Part shown: piece by piece, positions 27,895 to 32,535 of the stretch
Position numbering within the stretch: the first letter of the stretch is position 1
Layout of the letters: the number at the start of each line of letters is the position of its first letter
From: a virus
Taxonomy: Duplodnaviria; Heunggongvirae; Uroviricota; Caudoviricetes
Strand: one strand, 5' to 3'
IMG/VR virus record: IMGVR_UViG_2541047835_000006
DNA: 32,535 nucleotides
Program-made: the position numbers and the translations under genes
The notes under the pieces: model-generated
The model's database searches: none
What the model was told of the DNA's origin: nothing
What the model saw: only the letters and a program-made list of their open reading frames with translations

Positions 27895-28164
27895 ATGAAA
27901 TCCATCACAGGTATCAACCAGCAAATCAGCAAAGTGCAGTCAGCCATTATGGCGCTTATGGCGACGAACACGGATGTACAAAGCATCACCATCAGGGGCA
28001 ATAAACCGGTCATCCGCGTTTCCCGGAGTGCGCATTGCATGCGCATGCTTGAACAGGGGAAAGCCAGTTATCTGTATACCGGTCATGACCACAGGGGACA
28101 TTTCCGTCAGGGCGTTTTCGAACTGCACGGCTGTCGCGTCGTGTGGCCGGAATCTTTGTGGTAA
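27895..28164 (+). CDS. Small hypothetical protein at the position of Mu kil
   Basis: 89 aa; starts 2 nt after B-like stop. Confidence 0.45.
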   Translation: MKSITGINQQISKVQSAIMALMATNTDVQSITIRGNKPVIRVSRSAHCMRMLEQGKASYLYTGHDHRGHFRQGVFELHGCRVVWPESLW

Positions 28165-28191
28165 TCAGCACAACCGGAGAAATCATAAAAT

Positions 28192-28722
28192 ATGGCAAAA
28201 AGTACAAAAGGGGCAAAACGTATCAAGTCCGCAGCGGCACTCTGGGTACCGGGGACACGCGAAGAGGTCATTGAGGGCATCAGACTGCTCGGTGACGCAC
28301 AACGTGAACTGGTCAGGGCTGAAACAGAAATGAATGACGCCATTGGCGATATCACCGCACGTTATGCCCCGCTCACCGAGAGCCTGAAAAAACGCATGTC
28401 AGAACTGCAGTCCGGTATCCAGACATGGTGTGAGGCACACCGTGATGAACTGACCGGCAACGGGAAGGTGAAGTTCGCTAACCTCACCACCGGCGAGGTG
28501 CAGTGGCGAAACCGTCCGCCATCAGTCAGTATCCGTGGAGCGGATAATGTTATTGAACTACTGAGACGTCTGGGGCTTGAGCGCTTTATTCGTGTAAAAG
28601 AGGAAATAAATAAAGATGCCATTCTGAATGAAAAAGAGGCCGTGAAAAATATTCCCGGCATTACCATAAAAAGTGATATTGAGGATTTTTCAATAATTCC
28701 TTTTGAGCAGGATGTGCAGTAA
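28192..28722 (+). CDS. gam: Host-nuclease inhibitor Gam (Mu Gam family)
   Basis: 176 aa; recalled similarity to Mu Gam including RIKSAAA..., ETEMNDAI, RPPSVSIRG and C-terminal IEDFSIIPFEQ. Confidence 0.8.
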   Translation: MAKSTKGAKRIKSAAALWVPGTREEVIEGIRLLGDAQRELVRAETEMNDAIGDITARYAPLTESLKKRMSELQSGIQTWCEAHRDELTGNGKVKFANLTTGEVQWRNRPPSVSIRGADNVIELLRRLGLERFIRVKEEINKDAILNEKEAVKNIPGITIKSDIEDFSIIPFEQDVQ

Positions 28723-28819
28723 ACACACCACGTTAATTATTTAATAAAAACATTTTCTTTTTTATTCCGGCGTCAGCGCCGTGGGCTTCTGCACGCCGGA
28801 AACAGAGGAGAATTAAATT

Positions 28820-29014
28820 ATGATATTTAAATGTATTCAGTGCGAGAGGGATATAACAGCCCTGCGTTTTCACAGCGCCATCGCCGTGATGTCCGGTAAA
28901 TACCACGTACCTGCAGTACGCGTCACCCTGGTCTGTCCGTACTGCAGTCAGCATTTTTCGGCAGATGTGCCCGTTATGGAATTCTCCCGCCCTGACAGGG
29001 AGGAAGCGCAATGA
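28820..29014 (+). CDS. Small zinc-ribbon-like protein (CxxC...CxxC)
   Basis: 64 aa; CIQCERD and CPYCSQ pairs; AGAGGAG SD; preceded by AT-rich spacer with hairpin. Confidence 0.45.
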   Translation: MIFKCIQCERDITALRFHSAIAVMSGKYHVPAVRVTLVCPYCSQHFSADVPVMEFSRPDREEAQ

Positions 29015-29283
29015 TTACCCCACAGGAAGCACATCAGCGCACCCGCGCCCTTGTTGAACGGTATCTCAACGAGTGTGAATGCCGTGACCTCACCGATATC
29101 ATGTGCGCCCTGACGGCGTTAATCAGCATGGCCACGCAGGCCATTGTAGCGACTAACGGAAAGGAGGCCGCCCTGCAGATACTAGTGAACACACTCACCC
29201 ACGCGGCAGAGCACGAGGTGCCGTACCGGATGGAAATCACTGCAGAAGGCGACCTGCACATCATTGTTGACCGGAAGCACTGA
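29011..29283 (+). CDS. Hypothetical protein
   Basis: 90 aa; GGGAGGAAG SD; ATGA overlap. Confidence 0.45.
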   Translation: MITPQEAHQRTRALVERYLNECECRDLTDIMCALTALISMATQAIVATNGKEAALQILVNTLTHAAEHEVPYRMEITAEGDLHIIVDRKH

Positions 29284-29292
29284 GGGCGCGGT

Positions 29293-29595
29293 ATGACACG
29301 GAACACCGTACACACCCGCGCCGCCCTCTACCGTCTGGCCCTGCAGCGTTTCGGTCCGGATGCACAGGCCCTGAAACTGACAGAAGAGGCCGCTGAACTG
29401 GCGGCCAGTGCTGCCCGCAACCTGAACGGACAGGGCAGCGAAAGTGACCTCGCGGCAGAGCTGGCAGACGTGGAAATCATGACAGAGCAGCTGCGCCTTC
29501 AGGGGATGGACCGGCTGATTGACTTCCACAAACAGAAAAAACTGGAACGCCTTGCCGCACGGCTGGGCGTCACATACACCGGAGAAATCATATGA
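29293..29595 (+). CDS. MazG-like nucleotide pyrophosphohydrolase (all-alpha NTP-PPase family)
   Basis: 100 aa; acidic motifs LTEEAAELAAS and ELADVEIMTEQ consistent with E-E-x-x-E ... E-x-x-D metal-binding pattern. Confidence 0.5.
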   Translation: MTRNTVHTRAALYRLALQRFGPDAQALKLTEEAAELAASAARNLNGQGSESDLAAELADVEIMTEQLRLQGMDRLIDFHKQKKLERLAARLGVTYTGEII

Positions 29596-29975
29596 ACCGC
29601 ACCGAACAGACGCCACAACTGACGCTGGAAGATGCTGCACAGCGTATTCAGGTACTGGAAGACGAAAACGAATACCTGCGCAAGAGATTTGAAGAGGTGG
29701 ACCTGTACTTCGGGCGCAATCTGGTCGTCATGAAAGCTGCAGTGATTGAGTGGCGGGCCACCGGTGATGCCAGGAACGGCATGGCGTGGATTTACAACAC
29801 CCTGTGTGGGCCGGGCGAACTGCCTCCGCAAGAGGAGAAAGAGGCACAGGAATACTTCAACAGGGAAACTGAAGTTATCGACAGAAAACTGGCTGCCCTG
29901 TACCACTGGTTCAGGAAATACCACAGGACACACGCCGCACCTGACCAGACCACCACAGGAGGTACCAGTGACTGA
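29592..29975 (+). CDS. Hypothetical protein with N-terminal coiled coil
   Basis: 127 aa; ATATGA overlap with upstream gene. Confidence 0.5.
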   Translation: MNRTEQTPQLTLEDAAQRIQVLEDENEYLRKRFEEVDLYFGRNLVVMKAAVIEWRATGDARNGMAWIYNTLCGPGELPPQEEKEAQEYFNRETEVIDRKLAALYHWFRKYHRTHAAPDQTTTGGTSD

Positions 29976-30183
29976 CACCATTATGGAAATTGTGGTATGG
30001 GCTTTCCTGCTTACTGGTATAGCCGTGTGCATCTGCGCCGGATTCGCCCTGGTTGCCCTGCTGACCCACGTGGTGACGCAGTGGTTATGGGAAAAGCTTA
30101 AAGCAGCATACAGCCTGAAAGAGCTGTCCGACGCTGTTCGGGCATGGGAACAGCAAAAAAATACCGGAGATACTGAACAATGA
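29968..30183 (+). CDS. Small membrane protein (one TM helix)
   Basis: GTG 29968 preceded by AGGAGG at ideal spacing; TM VVWAFLLTGIAVCICAGFALVALL. Confidence 0.4.
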   Translation: MTDTIMEIVVWAFLLTGIAVCICAGFALVALLTHVVTQWLWEKLKAAYSLKELSDAVRAWEQQKNTGDTEQ

Positions 30184-30863
30184 CAGACCAGGATAAGCAC
30201 ATTGAGAAACTGAAAAAGTTGCTGGCGCTGGCAGCATCCGGCAACCCGCATGAGGCTGCTCTGGCACTGCGCCGCGCCCGTAAACTGATGGATGTTCACG
30301 GCATCACACATTCCGACATCGCCATGAGTGATATTGATGAAACCATCAGTCACTACTGGCCGACAGGCAGCCTCCGTCCGCCGCGCTACATGCTGGGCCT
30401 GATGAACATCATCCGCGAGGCATTTGGTGTTAACTCCATCATTCACCCCGGCACATATCCGGGTGTGGGGTTCTACGGCAACCGGGAACGGGCCGCACTG
30501 GCCGCGTACACCTGGGAAGTGCTGGCCCGTCAGCTGAAAAAGGCGCGTCAGCAGTATATCAGTGCACAGAACAAAAGAATAAAAACCGCCACCCGCACCA
30601 GCCGTGGAGACCAGTTTGCTGAAGGCTGGGTGCTGGCCGTTATCAGTGAAATACAGTCCTTCGCCTTGACCGATGACGAACGTGAACTGATGCAGCAGTG
30701 GCTGGAACATAAATACCCGCAGACGCAAACCACCAGGGCGCGTAAACCGGGAAGAAGTCGCAATGGCGACGCCTCGCGCTATGCGGGGTTTCGAGAAGGG
30801 CAGAACGTCAGACTGCACCGACCGGTCAGTGGGCGGGAACAGCAGAAACTGGAGGCCAGATGA
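30180..30863 (+). CDS. Hypothetical protein (DUF2786-like N-terminus)
   Basis: 227 aa; N-terminal KLLALAASGNPHEAALALRRARKLM motif; ATGA overlap. Confidence 0.5.
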   Translation: MTDQDKHIEKLKKLLALAASGNPHEAALALRRARKLMDVHGITHSDIAMSDIDETISHYWPTGSLRPPRYMLGLMNIIREAFGVNSIIHPGTYPGVGFYGNRERAALAAYTWEVLARQLKKARQQYISAQNKRIKTATRTSRGDQFAEGWVLAVISEIQSFALTDDERELMQQWLEHKYPQTQTTRARKPGRSRNGDASRYAGFREGQNVRLHRPVSGREQQKLEAR

Positions 30864-31090
30864 TTACGTTATCAGGTAACAGCCGGAAATTAAAAGCCTG
30901 CCGAATATCTGCCAGATACCTTTTTGCCCGCGCCTTTTTTAAGAACGTCAGGCCGGGGATCACAATTGGTGTTATTGCCGGACGCGAACAGGTTGAAAAA
31001 TACATGTCAGGTGCATGGTGGAATAACGACCCTGTCATTGCTGCCCGTAATATTCATATCAGTTGGGGGGATATTCAGAATGACGGCTGA
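30860..31090 (+). CDS. Hypothetical protein
   Basis: 76 aa; GGAGG SD; ATGA overlap. Confidence 0.4.
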   Translation: MITLSGNSRKLKACRISARYLFARAFFKNVRPGITIGVIAGREQVEKYMSGAWWNNDPVIAARNIHISWGDIQNDG

Positions 31091-31295
31091 ATCTGTTGTA
31101 TGTGCCCTGTTCTGGTATTGTTTTGTCGGTTGGTGTACTGCTGAACTGCACCGCCGTTCAGGGTTTTATTCACGTTACAGTGGTGCCGGCTACTGGATTA
31201 GCTGGTCGGTGATGTTCCTGTGCTGGCCTGTGGCGCTTCCTTTATATGTCGATTATATCGGTGGCGCAGGTAAAAGGAGCAACGATGATGACTAA
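31080..31295 (+). CDS. Small membrane protein (two TM helices, Trp/Cys-rich)
   Basis: ATG 31080 within longer ORF; VVCALFWYCFVGWC ... WISWSVMFLCWPVALPLYV. Confidence 0.4.
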   Translation: MTAESVVCALFWYCFVGWCTAELHRRSGFYSRYSGAGYWISWSVMFLCWPVALPLYVDYIGGAGKRSNDDD

Positions 31296-31737
31296 ACAAC
31301 GTCTTATCCAGCTCATTCATATTGCCCGTAATGAACTGGGTATGGATGAAGACACCTACCGCCAGATGTTACAGGGGCTGACCGGTAAAGCCTCAACCAA
31401 AGGAATGGATACCACACAACTAAACTGCGTGCTGGAATCCATGAAAAGGAAAGGCTTTCGCGTTAAGCCTGCCAGAAAAGCCAGCTCCGGTTTACCGCTG
31501 GATAACCATCCGCAGTCCAGGAAAATCCGTGCGCTATGGCTTGAAATGGCTGCTGCCGGCATTGTTCGTGACCGTTCAGAAAATGCATTAGCGCGGTGGA
31601 TCAAGCGGGAAACGGGCATCAGCGCCCTGCGCTGGCTCAATACTGAACAGGCAAGTAGTGTTATTGAGAAACTGAAGAAGTGGCAGCGCAGAGCTGCGGG
31701 AGTAAAACATGAGCGACCTGAATCAGTTTCGAAGTAA
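31285..31737 (+). CDS. GemA/gp16-like regulatory protein (Mu GemA position)
   Basis: ATG 31285 with AAGGAG SD; about 150 aa, immediately upstream of and overlapping mor. Confidence 0.6.
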   Translation: MMTKQRLIQLIHIARNELGMDEDTYRQMLQGLTGKASTKGMDTTQLNCVLESMKRKGFRVKPARKASSGLPLDNHPQSRKIRALWLEMAAAGIVRDRSENALARWIKRETGISALRWLNTEQASSVIEKLKKWQRRAAGVKHERPESVSK

Positions 31738-32098
31738 AGGGCCGGAACTCCTGGTGGAACTGGCACAGCATACCTCTGAGACCGTTCGCGAGATTATTGA
31801 TATTGAGCCCGCAATTGCCGACCAGATTGGTCAGGCCGTCGCGAACCGCATGATGCAGGTCTGGGGCGGGCAAAACGTTTATTTCCCGATGGGCATGGTA
31901 TGGAAGGTCAGTCAGCGCGACCGGGAAATCTTCAGGGGGTTTAACGGACGTAACCACCATGAACTGGCCCGCAAATTTGGTGTTTCGCTTCAGTGGGTCT
32001 ACAGCGTGGTTAAGCGGGTAAGAAAAGAAGAACTGGATCGGATGCAGGGCAAGCTATTTGCTGATGAACCCGATGTAGATACGGAGAAAAAAGAGTAA
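31709..32098 (+). CDS. mor: Mor/C-family transcriptional activator (middle operon regulator)
   Basis: 129 aa; C-terminal HTH region FRGFNGRNHHELARKFGVSLQWVYSVVKRVRK resembles Mu Mor. Confidence 0.8.
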   Translation: MSDLNQFRSKGPELLVELAQHTSETVREIIDIEPAIADQIGQAVANRMMQVWGGQNVYFPMGMVWKVSQRDREIFRGFNGRNHHELARKFGVSLQWVYSVVKRVRKEELDRMQGKLFADEPDVDTEKKE

Positions 32099-32133
32099 TA
32101 TCTGCAATCAGGCTGGCGCGAGTTCTGTTTTTG

Positions 32134-32535
<402 letters not shown>

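Noticed and set aside
28733-29011. 92-aa minus-strand ORF opposite the zinc-ribbon gene
   Set aside because: Antisense within a co-directional operon; the plus-strand gene has an AGAGGAG SD
29499-30818. 439-aa minus-strand ORF spanning the early region
   Set aside because: Antisense to a series of plus-strand genes that each have good SD sequences and coupling; its translation is Cys/Arg/Pro-rich junk-like with no SD context; typical spurious long ORF in GC-rich antisense frames

Overview
Almost the whole window (about 1..32260) is one Mu-like transposable myovirus prophage; the last ~275 bp is the 3' part of a host Nudix hydrolase gene (nudG-like) that the prophage appears to have interrupted. 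No rRNA, tRNA or CRISPR array was seen. All calls come from reading the ORF translations and DNA by eye against remembered family motifs; no database search was run, so product names are family-level.

Layout: (i) 1..21364, minus strand: a tightly packed late operon running lysis cassette (holin-like, SLT endolysin with N-terminal TM, Rz-like with embedded lipoprotein Rz1-like) -> terminase small/large -> portal -> Mu F/G/I/T head genes -> sheath, tube, tail chaperone, tape measure, P2-like baseplate (U, X, D, V, W, J, I) -> tail fibre, which runs off the window start. (ii) 21365..23497: control and accessory region with a Dam-family adenine methyltransferase (+), a low-GC lipoprotein gene directly downstream of the XRE-type repressor (-), and a near-consensus sigma70 promoter facing the early operon. 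(iii) 23498..32098, plus strand: early operon with Ner-like regulator, two extra genes, DDE transposase, AAA+ transposition ATPase, Gam, a run of small uncharacterised genes, GemA-like and Mor. (iv) 32185..32260: phased direct repeats at the putative prophage end.

Most worth a second look: the repressor-lipoprotein unit with the convergent Dam gene, a low-GC moron with its own terminator inside the tail operon, a tail-chaperone extension ORF in the +1/-2 frame rather than -1, the uncharacterised early-region genes (including a MazG-like one), and the absence of a Mu C-like late activator after mor. I could not assign a known defence or anti-defence system to any of these; they are candidates only.
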